In this document: piece after piece, positions 1 through 8,260 of the stretch
Position numbering within the stretch: position 1 is the stretch's first letter
Layout of the letters: each line of letters begins with the position of its first letter
Assembly: GCA_965219915.1 (NCBI GenBank)
Contig: OZ244794.1
Location: 579,343-643,342 of the forward strand
Reading direction: 5' to 3'
Origin: Rhodothermales bacterium
GTDB taxonomy: Bacteria; Bacteroidota; Rhodothermia; Rhodothermales; Bin80
Length of the DNA stretch: 64,000 bases
Position numbers and translations under genes: made by a program
The notes under the pieces: generated by a model
What the model was told of the DNA's origin: nothing
The model's input: only the letters and a program-made list of their open reading frames with translations
Database searches by the model: none

Positions 1-561
1 CGGATTGAAAAGAAAGCGGAATCAGCTCCTCCTGTTCAGTTCAACTTCTCTTTGAAATGTTGAGAAAGACCAATAAATCTATCTCAACCGTGCATAACCT
101 GTACTAAATCACCGGGACATCTGCGGACGCTCCCCCTCACACAATCACTTATTGATCTATTTCTACCTTCGGCTCACTCATGCTGCACCCCCTACGATAA
201 GCTCACGAAAGGTGAGGTCTTCACCAAAGACACCTGTTTGAGTCTTTGATGGCTCTTCCGTGCTGGGTTACATTGGACCGCCTGATCTATTTCCCATCCT
301 CTACCTCAGGCGATGCAAGTTAAACAGATGCCGATCTTACCGACGCTTATAGATCCATTTCTCCGATGCTGCACGAACGACCCCTTGTGGCACGATGTCT
401 CTGGCCATCGCAACCATACGAGGGTATTGAAACAAGTCAAGGGGAAATGAATCAAGGCGGATTTGATGGGTCTCTTGATGTGATTCAGTTAGTGCTCTCT
501 CACAAGGATTAATTGATGGTGGCAGCAATTATATAGGAGGGCCCCTTGACTCATCTCTTCA

Positions 562-762
562 TCACGGCCTTCCAGACTTGTTTTTTGTTGGATCAACGAG
601 GTTGTATGTTCTCCCTGGCTTACTTGATGGAGGCAATGTTTTGTTTTTACTTACCGTGATTTCACGTCCGGGTCCGCCACGAGGACCTATTTCTTGGTAC
701 TGTCCAGAAGCTGGAGCTTTTTCTCCCGGGTTGAGTCCTTGGGTTTTTTTATTTTTGGGCAT
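562..762 (-). CDS. YjzC-like small protein (about 66 aa from the internal ATG at 762; the ORF track extends to a TTG at 864)
   Basis: Translation MPKNKKTQGLNPGEKAPASGQYQEIGPRGGPGREITVSKNKTLPPSSKPGRTYNLVDPTK matches the GxKAPxSGxY ... LPP ... VDPTK pattern I associate with YjzC-family proteins. I checked the ATG at 760-762 (minus strand) in the sequence. The family call is from memory and was not searched. Confidence 0.5.
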   Translation of the reverse strand: MPKNKKTQGLNPGEKAPASGQYQEIGPRGGPGREITVSKNKTLPPSSKPGRTYNLVDPTKNKSGRP

Positions 763-916
763 TAGGAGATTAGAGGTAGTGACTCGGGATTGCGTTACCA
801 TAGAGAAGCCATGATGATCCCCTGATAGGTAATTCTGTTCATATTGTTCCGTTAAATTCCGCAAATTTGTTTTCTTGAAATGTATTTAGAAATCTCGCGG
901 TGCACACGCGCGGATC

Positions 917-1567
917 ATGGTAAAATGTGTGGGGATTATATCACTTAATGAATCAACTGGACAGCCTACACAAAAGCCTTTCGCTCTTTATGAGAAATTT
1001 ATTGGTGCGTCATCTGACAAAGGCGACCTCGTACTTAATCCTTACTGCGGTTGTACGAGCACCTGGGTAGTTCCTGAATGGCTTGAAAGGCAATGGGTAG
1101 GCATGGACATCTGGGACGGATCCAAAGGAGTCTTGTTCAAGCGTCTGGAGAAAGAGGACATGATCATAGACGGGAGCATGGAAATTGGAGGCCAGCAGCC
1201 TCTATTCCCGAAAGACATCACGTTCACGACTGAATTGCCCGAACGCACGGATGAAAAGCAAGCTGCCGTCCCATTCCTACGCGCGAAGGAACGAGTCACA
1301 GAACCTGAGGGACCGAAGTGGACACGTACAAAAATGTACGGCCATCTGATCGACCGAAAAGGCTGTGAATGCCAATGATGCGAGTGTGAGTCCGATGACA
1401 AGTGTTACCTGCAAATGAATCATATTACATCTTGGTCCGACGTCGGACCGAATCATATTAGTAATCTAGTGTTGCGTTGTGTTCCGTGTAACCGGCTGAA
1501 AAGCAACGTATTTGCACTTTCCGGTCTACGGAGAGAGAACAGAAAACGTGGCTACATGGTCACATGA
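917..1567 (+). pseudogene. Relic of a beta-class N4/N6 DNA methyltransferase with a C-terminal HNH module; 5-prime truncated and interrupted by an in-frame TGA at 1376-1378
   Basis: GQPTQKPFALYEKFIGASSDKGDLVLNPYCGCTSTWVVPEWLERQWVGMDI corresponds to the (H/Y)PTQKP ... DPFCGCGTT ... GRxWIGIDI block of PF01555-type methylases. The upstream DPPY catalytic motif is absent and motif I is degenerate. The same frame continues past the TGA as CECESDDKCYLQMNHITSWSDVGPNHISNLVLRCVPCNRLKSN, an HNH signature (Cys pairs, H-N-H spacing), up to the stop at 1565-1567. Confidence 0.65.
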
Positions 1568-1574
1568 GAATACC

Positions 1575-1964
1575 ATGGATAATTATATGCAGACTATTAT
1601 TACCGTTGCGCTGACACTTATAGGGACACTATTGAGCGTCGGATTTGGAGCATGGATAAATAATAGATCGATCAGAAAAAGGGATGAGAGATTAATAAAA
1701 TTGGATGTATTAAAACGTCTTATGTCGTATAGATTCGTCCTCTCTGATGAATGGCGCAAACTTCGAAGGGATGATAGTGCTGAATTGATTGAATTTCATT
1801 GTGCTTTAAATGAGGTAGTAATAGTATTCCATTCAAACAAGGATATTATATCAATACTAAAGTCTTCTTGGGACGGTTGCGAAAAAGAGAAATTGAATCG
1901 TTTGCTTGAAAAAATGTGCGACGATTTGAGAATACCAATTACGGGACAGCCAAATTTTATATGA
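1575..1964 (+). CDS. Small single-pass membrane protein, hypothetical (possibly DUF6680-like)
   Basis: From the ATG at 1575 the translation is MDNYMQTIITVALTLIGTLLSVGFGAWINNRSIRKRDERL..., an N-terminal TM helix followed by a helical soluble part. The coding stretch is AT-rich. The TTG start at 1512 in the ORF track would overlap the HNH relic. The DUF6680 resemblance is a weak recollection. Confidence 0.45.
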   Translation: MDNYMQTIITVALTLIGTLLSVGFGAWINNRSIRKRDERLIKLDVLKRLMSYRFVLSDEWRKLRRDDSAELIEFHCALNEVVIVFHSNKDIISILKSSWDGCEKEKLNRLLEKMCDDLRIPITGQPNFI

Positions 1965-2015
1965 TCAATCGGGACAGGATTTGTATTATCCCAGATCCAT
2001 ATCCTTCATAGACAA

Positions 2016-2291
2016 ATGAAAATCACAGCAAAACTTTTGATTAAGGAAATAGAAGAGATGGGGTTTAGAATTTGGCGGACTGGTCTCGTGAATGGAGAAA
2101 TTGTGATAAAAAAGAGATTTTATGATCCAGAAGAGATTGGAGATTTTCAAAAGCGTCTTATTGCTCATTTGAATGAAAAGTATCCTGATTTAGAGCTGAA
2201 TCAAAAGGATTTTGGTCTGTCATGGAAGAAGATTCCTCATCTTTTAGATCGTAGTAGTAGTCTCACTTTCACTACTCATAAAATATTGTAA
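2016..2291 (+). CDS. Hypothetical protein, 91 aa
   Basis: ATG-initiated ORF with protein-like composition (MKITAKLLIKEIEEMGFRIWRTG...) in an AT-rich islet. I recognised no motif. Confidence 0.35.
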   Translation: MKITAKLLIKEIEEMGFRIWRTGLVNGEIVIKKRFYDPEEIGDFQKRLIAHLNEKYPDLELNQKDFGLSWKKIPHLLDRSSSLTFTTHKIL

Positions 2292-2911
2292 ATAATTATG
2301 GATACACACGTACTATAATTCCCAGCAACTCTCCGAAGTATTGATACAACCGATATTGATAAAAAAATTTCCAACTTCCCTCTTGGGGGATACCATTACC
2401 CTGCAGGTTCATCTTCGTCTGGATCATAGCCGAATTCGTGGATCAGCTTCCCATCGTGTTTCCGTTCCATCCAGTCTTCAAAATATTCTTTAAATTGACA
2501 ATCCGCACATTCTTCATTATCATTGTGGCACGTGTCTTGAGTCAGTTATACGTACGCCCTCATAGCATATTGATCACCATCACACCCGGTGCGTAATGTG
2601 GAAGTACGAGTGCTTCCGTAGATGATGGCGTTGGCTCGCAACTGGTCAAGAGAAGAGTTTTCCAAGTTTCCGGGTTATTCGAGCACCGGACGATTCTCTG
2701 TGGTACTTCGCTGGTATCCGCACGGGAATCCCACATAGTCGTGATGCCTTGCGTGGACATTGTCTCATTGTGAGTTGAAGTTTACGGCTGGAGATAATCG
2801 GCGGAATTCCCAACATTCAACTTAAATGGAACGTCGCGAATGTAGGTGTTTGAATTTCAAATTGCCGGCTCACTTCGCCCGGAATTGGTGGCTCACTTGG
2901 TCGGAATATGC

Positions 2912-3091
2912 AATCAGTGCCTCTGATTGGAACATGGTGCATTTTGAGCAGGCTCCGGGGGATTTTCATGTCTTTGGAATTATTGTCAGGTCGGGCATTT
3001 TGCCCCCAGGTTCCCCGTTGGTGCATGGGAAGTACTAATGATAGCCGACGCCCGATCTTTCCGTGAAGCGATTACTGGTACTGACCGTCGT
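2912..3091. repeat. Copy A of an unclassified ~180-bp element, immediately 3-prime of the 636-aa gene
   Basis: Aligns by eye with 5481-5656 at roughly four-fifths identity. Long identical blocks include gcctctgattgga, tgcattttgagc, gtcaggtc, gttggtgcatgggaag, atagccgacgccc and tgaagcgattactg. The conserved hairpin caatcag-tgcct-ctgattg lies at 2911-2929. Confidence 0.7.
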
Positions 3092-3244
3092 AGCAGTTCA
3101 TTGTTCGGCTCGTCTACCAGTCCGGCAGTGCCGAATCATTTGATGTATCACAAAATCGCGATCCAATGTAAACAAATGCGGGTGAGGTAAAGGCGTACTA
3201 CTTTACCCAAACCCGGATTGGTGTCACATCAGAAGAAGTATGCC

Positions 3245-5155
3245 CTACGGTCCAAGCCTCCCCTGTTCTGTCTTGACTTTCTGTAACAAGAGTTCAAGCT
3301 CCTTGCGAATGACCCCGATTCCTCGACTTACTTCTTTATTGAGTTCTTGGATCGTGTCAGACAGATCTGTCATACATTGGTGCCGATGGTGGGCAAGTTG
3401 ATCCCGTTTTTCTGTAATAAATATCTGCCAGCCATTTTCAAGATCTTTGCGTTGCTTTTCAAACGAACCGAGCATTTCTCTTACACGAATAATTCCTTCT
3501 TCTGTATAAAGCATGAGCTGTAGAAACTGTACTGCCCTTTCTCCAGTCAACTCCTTCTGGGGAGATGTTTCAATGATTCGTGCTGCCTCGGATTCTAAAT
3601 GCCGAACACGTCGATAGGATTGACTGATTAGTTCTTGTAATGAAAGCTTTAGATCTCTCCTCAAAACAAAGCGTTTCCACATTGGAATTCTTTTGAGAAA
3701 CGACAGCCTGTCGTTTAACTCGGTCAGTGACGAATTCAGCAATGCTCGTGCTTCCTCAGAGTTGATTCGGTAAATGTTTCTACGTTGAATAACTACATCG
3801 CTACACTGTTGCTCCAGCTCATTCTTGCATGTCTCCGCAAGCCGTTTGAGCTTATCTGTTTGGTCTTGAACCGACGATTTGAATTTCTGTCGAGAATCTT
3901 CCTGCAGGGACTGAATTTTCTTTTCGCTTTCCTCAGACGCTTTGTCATATTCTCTGACGGCATTTATCAAAGGCTTCTTCTTGAGTCTATTTGAGCTGAG
4001 CCGGCCTACTATGCTGCCTGCAATTCCACCGATAATTCCACAGATAGTAGTGCCAATACCAGGAAATATGATCGTTCCAACTCCTGCTCCCGTAGCTAAG
4101 CCTGCACCTCCACCAATAGCTGTGGTAGAGACATCCAAACCCAAATTCTTGGCTGCATGACGGAGGTCCGTCTTTTGAGCTTGAAGTAGTCGAATTTCCC
4201 GCCAGCCGGATGAGGCCAACGTGATTAGAGGAATGCCACCACCCACTATGTCCACATTACCCAAGAGCCCATCGCTCACGGCTTCAGCATGCTCACCCAT
4301 GCCTGCACGGGATAGCTCACTGTCCACCAATACAATTCCTTGCCTTCCCTCATGAACAGCCTCCTCCAACTGTTCAAAGGAGTCTTCTGTGTTGAGATAG
4401 ATCGCATCTTCGGGGATCCCAGCCATATCCCCCGGTACAATCACGGGAATATGAGGGTATTTATCAAAATGATCCGCCAATGAACTTGCATCAGCGACTG
4501 TCTTAACGTTTACGAAATATTCACCGTTTAAGACCAAGTCATACCCTTCTTGATTTGAAATATCTGGCATCTCAACCTGATAACCGAGTTCTATCAAATT
4601 CTCGGCAACGATTGGCTCACTCAAATGCCCCATGAGTTTGTAAACTGCCGCCTGTGGAAGCGGCTCTCCGATTTCAGCAGATTCCCAACTGGCCAAATGC
4701 TTACTCAGATCTCCGATCGTAACAAGTTGCTCACCTGCAAGTGTTCCCATTGCAGTATATAAATGCTCATCTATCTCCATCAGATTCTGGATGGCATCCA
4801 TGCCAAACAACGTACCCTGCGTCGCCCCTTCAATCGTAGTACATGCGACTTCGTTGGAGACATCAGGCATGGAGAAGGAAGATTTTGCACTAGTGGGAGA
4901 AGATGATTTTGTAGATTCTTCTCCAGAAACAGGCTTTTCAAGAAACTCAATCAAGTGCTTTTGGTGTTCCTTGGCGTCTGTTGTCGCAGCGGCCCCTGAT
5001 ATAGGCTCTCCAAAACGTTCAATCAAGTGCATTGCGCCCAAATCTGGCACAAACTCAGGCCTATGAATCAGGCTTGCAACGTTCTTTCTAGTTCGAAATA
5101 TCCATACAGAAATGCCGATTGCTGCGAATATTCCAATCAACGATGCGATCAACAT
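3245..5155 (-). CDS. Hypothetical membrane protein, 636 aa: N-terminal anchor, PD-(D/E)xK-like core, glycine-zipper hairpin, C-terminal coiled coil
   Basis: A long uninterrupted ORF. The segments are the anchor MLIASLIGIFAAIGISVWIF-RTRK, a core GHLSEPIVAENLIELGYQVEMPDISNQEGYDLVLNGEYFVNVKT, and a glycine zipper TTAIGGGAGLATGAGVGTIIFPGIGTTICGIIGGIAGSIVG. The last ~240 aa are charged and heptad-rich. Confidence 0.8.
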   Translation of the reverse strand: MLIASLIGIFAAIGISVWIFRTRKNVASLIHRPEFVPDLGAMHLIERFGEPISGAAATTDAKEHQKHLIEFLEKPVSGEESTKSSSPTSAKSSFSMPDVSNEVACTTIEGATQGTLFGMDAIQNLMEIDEHLYTAMGTLAGEQLVTIGDLSKHLASWESAEIGEPLPQAAVYKLMGHLSEPIVAENLIELGYQVEMPDISNQEGYDLVLNGEYFVNVKTVADASSLADHFDKYPHIPVIVPGDMAGIPEDAIYLNTEDSFEQLEEAVHEGRQGIVLVDSELSRAGMGEHAEAVSDGLLGNVDIVGGGIPLITLASSGWREIRLLQAQKTDLRHAAKNLGLDVSTTAIGGGAGLATGAGVGTIIFPGIGTTICGIIGGIAGSIVGRLSSNRLKKKPLINAVREYDKASEESEKKIQSLQEDSRQKFKSSVQDQTDKLKRLAETCKNELEQQCSDVVIQRRNIYRINSEEARALLNSSLTELNDRLSFLKRIPMWKRFVLRRDLKLSLQELISQSYRRVRHLESEAARIIETSPQKELTGERAVQFLQLMLYTEEGIIRVREMLGSFEKQRKDLENGWQIFITEKRDQLAHHRHQCMTDLSDTIQELNKEVSRGIGVIRKELELLLQKVKTEQGRLGP

Positions 5156-5480
5156 TGGTTATCTAAATGCCTTCTTTAATTATTGTCGATACGTCTTGTG
5201 AGCTGCCCTATTTTCGCTCTCGCAGGCCTCGATGCATTGAACACAGGTCCTGTCAATGTCTAAAACTATAGAGTACATCCCGTGCTACTTAATCCAACGC
5301 ATCCGACAAAAGCCAGTATAGCAAGCGCCGCGCCACCGAGTATACTCACTCAGCAATATCCCAATAAATTCGTCAAAATCCCCTGCAAGTATAATTCATT
5401 CGTGATCATAAATTGTGGCAAGTTCGTCTCTGATTCGGATTAGCTTTGACGCGTAGAGTAAGTGATTCAATCGGTGGGGT

Positions 5481-5656
5481 AATCAGAGCCTCTGATTGGA
5501 GCGTGTTGCATTTTGAGCGCGGCTCGGGGGGATTTTGAAATCTGAGGAACCATCGTCAGGTCAAGCGTTCAGCCTCCAGTTTCCCTGTTGGTGCATGGGA
5601 AGCACAAAAAATAGCCGACGCCCCGATGTTTACTTGAAGCGATTACTGAGCGTCGT
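5481..5656. repeat. Copy B of the ~180-bp element, in the 715-bp region 5-prime of the 636-aa gene and at the islet/core boundary
   Basis: Same orientation as copy A and the same conserved blocks. The hairpin aatcag-agcct-ctgatt is retained. It ends in the local hairpin cgtcg-tgct-cgacg. Confidence 0.7.
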
Positions 5657-5870
5657 GCTCGACGAGGAAACTACAGCACAGCCCTAAGCATTGATGGAGC
5701 AAATTGAGGAATAAGGGGAGATGATCATCATGCTACTAAACCTGAACATCTACCGTTTAGACTGAACGCATATGCTCACTCGAAACACCTTTCATCTAGT
5801 CTAGAATTCTAGAATCTCCGGATATGTCTACAGACTGGACAATCCCCCGAATGCTGTGATGAAAATACGG

Positions 5871-7202
5871 CTACCTGGCTGTCAAATTCTGTCCATCCCA
5901 GCTAACGGTCTTTTCCATTTCCAGCGAAGAGTTGATCATGTGAGCACACGCGGCGGCATGATGTCCTACCTCTGCGTTTTCCTTGGTAGCGCTGCCGTTT
6001 CGTATCGCATCCAGCCATTCCTGAATATGAGCAAGGATGGATGATTGTCCTTCGGAGTAGTAAACTTCTTCACCGGCCACAGTTGCCTGGGGGCGGCTGG
6101 AGGGCATTTCCTCAAGGCGAACGGCTGGATCGGCAATGTAGGCGTCTGCCAAGTCCTTTGGCCAGCTGTCGGTGATCCAGCCATTGCCCTCGTTAACACG
6201 CTCAGGGATGAAGCGCAGTCCTCCTCCAAACACCAGGGAGCCTTCCGTACCCAGAATACGCATACCACCACCGCTGCCTCCCTGATTATTGAAGGTGCCG
6301 CTCAGGCTCACCATAAAGCCATCCCGGTACTTCAGTGATGCATTAATGGTGTCAGGTACATCGCGGGAGCGGGTCCAGCGATACAACCCGCCCATAGCCA
6401 TAACGCTCTCAGGGATTTGAGCACCCATTACGTAATTGATGGTCGTGCATGTGTGGACATACAGATCAGTGGACATGCCGCCTGAATAGTCTTTGTAGCA
6501 GCGCCAGCGGAAGAAGCGTTCAGGGCTGTATGGTCGCTTGGGTGCTGAGCCAAGGAACAGATCCCAGTCGACGGTTTTCGGCGAGGCGTCTGGCGGTATC
6601 GGGTATATCCATGCGCCGGAAGCAGTGTTGCGATTCACGCTTGCGCGTACCATGGTGACTTGCCCAAGTTTTCCCTCCCGGATCATCTGGCGTGCCTTTT
6701 GGGCAAGCATGCCGTTGGGTCCGGGGCTACCCACCTGTACGGCAAGGTTGTGCTTCTTTTGCGCTTCAATGATGTCCAACCCTTCCTCAATAGAGTAGGT
6801 GAGCGGCTTTTCAATGTAAGCGTGCTTGCCCGCGTTGAGCGAATCAACAGAGTGCCGATAATGCCAGTGATCAGGACTGGATATCACAACCGCGTCAATG
6901 TCACTGCGGTTGATGATTTCCCGGTAGTCCGCCATCACGTCAGCCTTTCGGTCTGTTCGGTCCCTCATACGAGACAGTCGTCCCGTGTAAGCGTCGCAGG
7001 CAGCCACGATCTCCACTTCGGGAAACTGCTTGAAAGCTTCGACCAGTTGATGTGCTCTGGCTCCTGCCCCAATCATGCCGATCGTGATACGATCACTTGG
7101 AGCCACAACCGCAGGACGCGCTGAACCCAGAGCAAGTCCGGCGGTGCCAATTGCACCGGCGCGCATAAAATCACGCCGGGAAACTAAAAAACGTCGAGCC
7201 AT
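5871..7202 (-). CDS. Gfo/Idh/MocA family oxidoreductase with twin-arginine signal
   Basis: The N-terminus MARRFLVSRRDFMRAGAIGTAGLALG is a Tat motif. It is followed by the Rossmann block ITIGMIGAGARAHQL and EKP in YIEKPL, typical of the family. Confidence 0.9.
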   Translation of the reverse strand: MARRFLVSRRDFMRAGAIGTAGLALGSARPAVVAPSDRITIGMIGAGARAHQLVEAFKQFPEVEIVAACDAYTGRLSRMRDRTDRKADVMADYREIINRSDIDAVVISSPDHWHYRHSVDSLNAGKHAYIEKPLTYSIEEGLDIIEAQKKHNLAVQVGSPGPNGMLAQKARQMIREGKLGQVTMVRASVNRNTASGAWIYPIPPDASPKTVDWDLFLGSAPKRPYSPERFFRWRCYKDYSGGMSTDLYVHTCTTINYVMGAQIPESVMAMGGLYRWTRSRDVPDTINASLKYRDGFMVSLSGTFNNQGGSGGGMRILGTEGSLVFGGGLRFIPERVNEGNGWITDSWPKDLADAYIADPAVRLEEMPSSRPQATVAGEEVYYSEGQSSILAHIQEWLDAIRNGSATKENAEVGHHAAACAHMINSSLEMEKTVSWDGQNLTAR

Positions 7203-7213
7203 TGCCAGGGAGG

Positions 7214-8212
7214 TTACATGATTGGAATTAGTACGAGATTTCTGTACAGGACACGGCCGTGATCCCCTTGAAGATAAATGGGGCCGGGTGAGGCTTCGTC
7301 GGCTGTCATGGCGCCACCAGTCACACCGAGAACAGGTTCATTGTCAATGATCTTCGTTCCGTTCAGAATCACCGTGAGGTGGCGCTGATAGAGGGTAATG
7401 TCCATTGATTGCCATTCACCGGCCGGCTTCTCCGCGCTGGCTGAAGGTTTGATTCTGCTGTAGAGGCCCCCCATGTGATGACTGTCCAAGTCCATTCCGT
7501 AAGTGTCTGCAACCTGAATTTCATAGATGCCGCGTAGATAAACACCGCTGTTGCTGCCCTCGGGCACATTCACATCCAGCGTCAGACGAAAGTCCTCAAA
7601 GGTGGCATCCGTACGCAGATTTCCGTAACTGATATGCTCACCGTTCTCCGGTTGCACCGGATCGTTAACGAGCATGCCCTCTTCGGCTTTAAAACCGTTG
7701 GTTTGCTGGTCGTTGATTATACTCCATCCGGTAAGATCTTCGCCGTTGAACAGCTCAATGGGTTCTCTATAGGTTGCCTGCGAGAGATCTGGTGCAGGAG
7801 GCAGTTCGGGAATCCGCGCTGCCTCAAACTCTATTACACGGGTACCGATTGCAGATCGGTTTGGAAAATATGCCGTACCTGACAGGCGGTCGCCATCAGG
7901 CTTGAGTTTGAGCGTATTGGTGAGGATGTGCCTCCGTGTACTTCCGTCTTCAAGCTCTCTGTTGACGGCTTGTGTTCTCGTGACGGTCAGTACATCACCG
8001 GTGACGTTTACACTTGCCACAGGGAGTACGCTGCCGCCATACCAGAGAAGAGATGCATCCAGTATTCCCTGATCTTGGGTGACTTCCAGCCAGCCAGCCC
8101 CACCGGGCAGGTACAGGGTCCACCTACCTTCAAAGGCGGATATATTGTCCTGGGCAGTGGCTGAAACTGCAATAAGGGATAAGAAAACTGAGAGGGTTAG
8201 TCGCGAAAGCAT
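7214..8212 (-). CDS. DUF1080 (3-keto-disaccharide hydrolase-like) domain protein, secreted
   Basis: It has a signal peptide. The C-terminal half (DLTGWSIIND ... FEDFRLTLDVNVPEGSNSGVYLRGIYEIQV ... LTVILNGTKII ... GPIYLQGDHGRVLYRNLVLIPI) matches the DUF1080 jelly-roll pattern. Confidence 0.8.
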   Translation of the reverse strand: MLSRLTLSVFLSLIAVSATAQDNISAFEGRWTLYLPGGAGWLEVTQDQGILDASLLWYGGSVLPVASVNVTGDVLTVTRTQAVNRELEDGSTRRHILTNTLKLKPDGDRLSGTAYFPNRSAIGTRVIEFEAARIPELPPAPDLSQATYREPIELFNGEDLTGWSIINDQQTNGFKAEEGMLVNDPVQPENGEHISYGNLRTDATFEDFRLTLDVNVPEGSNSGVYLRGIYEIQVADTYGMDLDSHHMGGLYSRIKPSASAEKPAGEWQSMDITLYQRHLTVILNGTKIIDNEPVLGVTGGAMTADEASPGPIYLQGDHGRVLYRNLVLIPIM

Positions 8213-8260
8213 GACTTTGTTGTCGTTAAGGGTGAGATAGTTAAGAATTATTCAAGCAGC

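Noticed and set aside
337-528. A 63-aa minus-strand ORF and a possible C-terminal gene end (1-63, plus strand, ...QFNFSLKC-stop) lie at the window edge.
   Set aside because: The ORF has a TTG start, no motif and no supporting context. The edge fragment is only 20 codons. I looked for integrase-like tails in 1-560 on both strands and found none.
1376-1378. The in-frame TGA in the methylase-HNH frame might be selenocysteine or programmed read-through.
   Set aside because: The gene also lacks its catalytic N-terminal half and has a degenerate SAM motif. The position corresponds to a non-catalytic residue between Cys pairs, where Trp (TGG) is plausible. No SECIS-like hairpin is evident immediately downstream.
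2396-2760. A small acidic Cys-containing ORF (LTQDTCHNDNEECADCQFKEYFEDWMERKHDGKLIHEFGYDPDEDEPAG, 2396-2545, minus strand) and the 66-aa ORF at 2560-2760.
   Set aside because: The first has no in-frame ATG/GTG/TTG near its 5-prime end (only CTG) and is under 50 codons. The second has low-complexity Thr/Ser/Pro content. Neither can be supported from sequence alone.
2911-2929. The hairpin caatcag-tgcct-ctgattg (and its twin at 5481-5499) might be a tRNA anticodon arm or the 3-prime part of a tRNA/tmRNA used as an integration site.
   Set aside because: No acceptor, D-arm or T-arm (GGTTCGAATCC-like) sequence is nearby on either strand. The loop lacks the U33/purine-37 pattern. I also saw no tmRNA or RNase P consensus blocks in 2800-3250 or 5160-5870.
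2912-5656. The two ~180-bp repeats might be the template and variable repeats of a diversity-generating retroelement.
   Set aside because: The substitutions between copies are of all types rather than confined to adenines of one copy. Indels are present, neither copy lies inside a target ORF 3-prime end, and no reverse transcriptase is in the window.
2912-5656. The repeats might be integron attC sites, making this a gene cassette in an integrase-less attC cluster.
   Set aside because: I could not find the inverted RYYYAAC / GTTRRRY core pair or the extended imperfect palindrome spanning the element, and there is no IntI gene. This is not fully excluded; an attC covariance model (IntegronFinder) would settle it.
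5966-7124. Numerous 60-200-aa ORFs lie antisense or out of frame within long GC-rich genes. Examples are 5966-6271, 6660-7124, 18507-18995, 21565-22017, 32170-32778, 33222-33830, 35146-35592, 46772-47299, 57942-58361 and 61519-61970.
   Set aside because: They are fully embedded in longer ORFs with clear family motifs. They have Arg/Pro/Ser-rich low-complexity translations, typical of shadow ORFs in GC-rich DNA.
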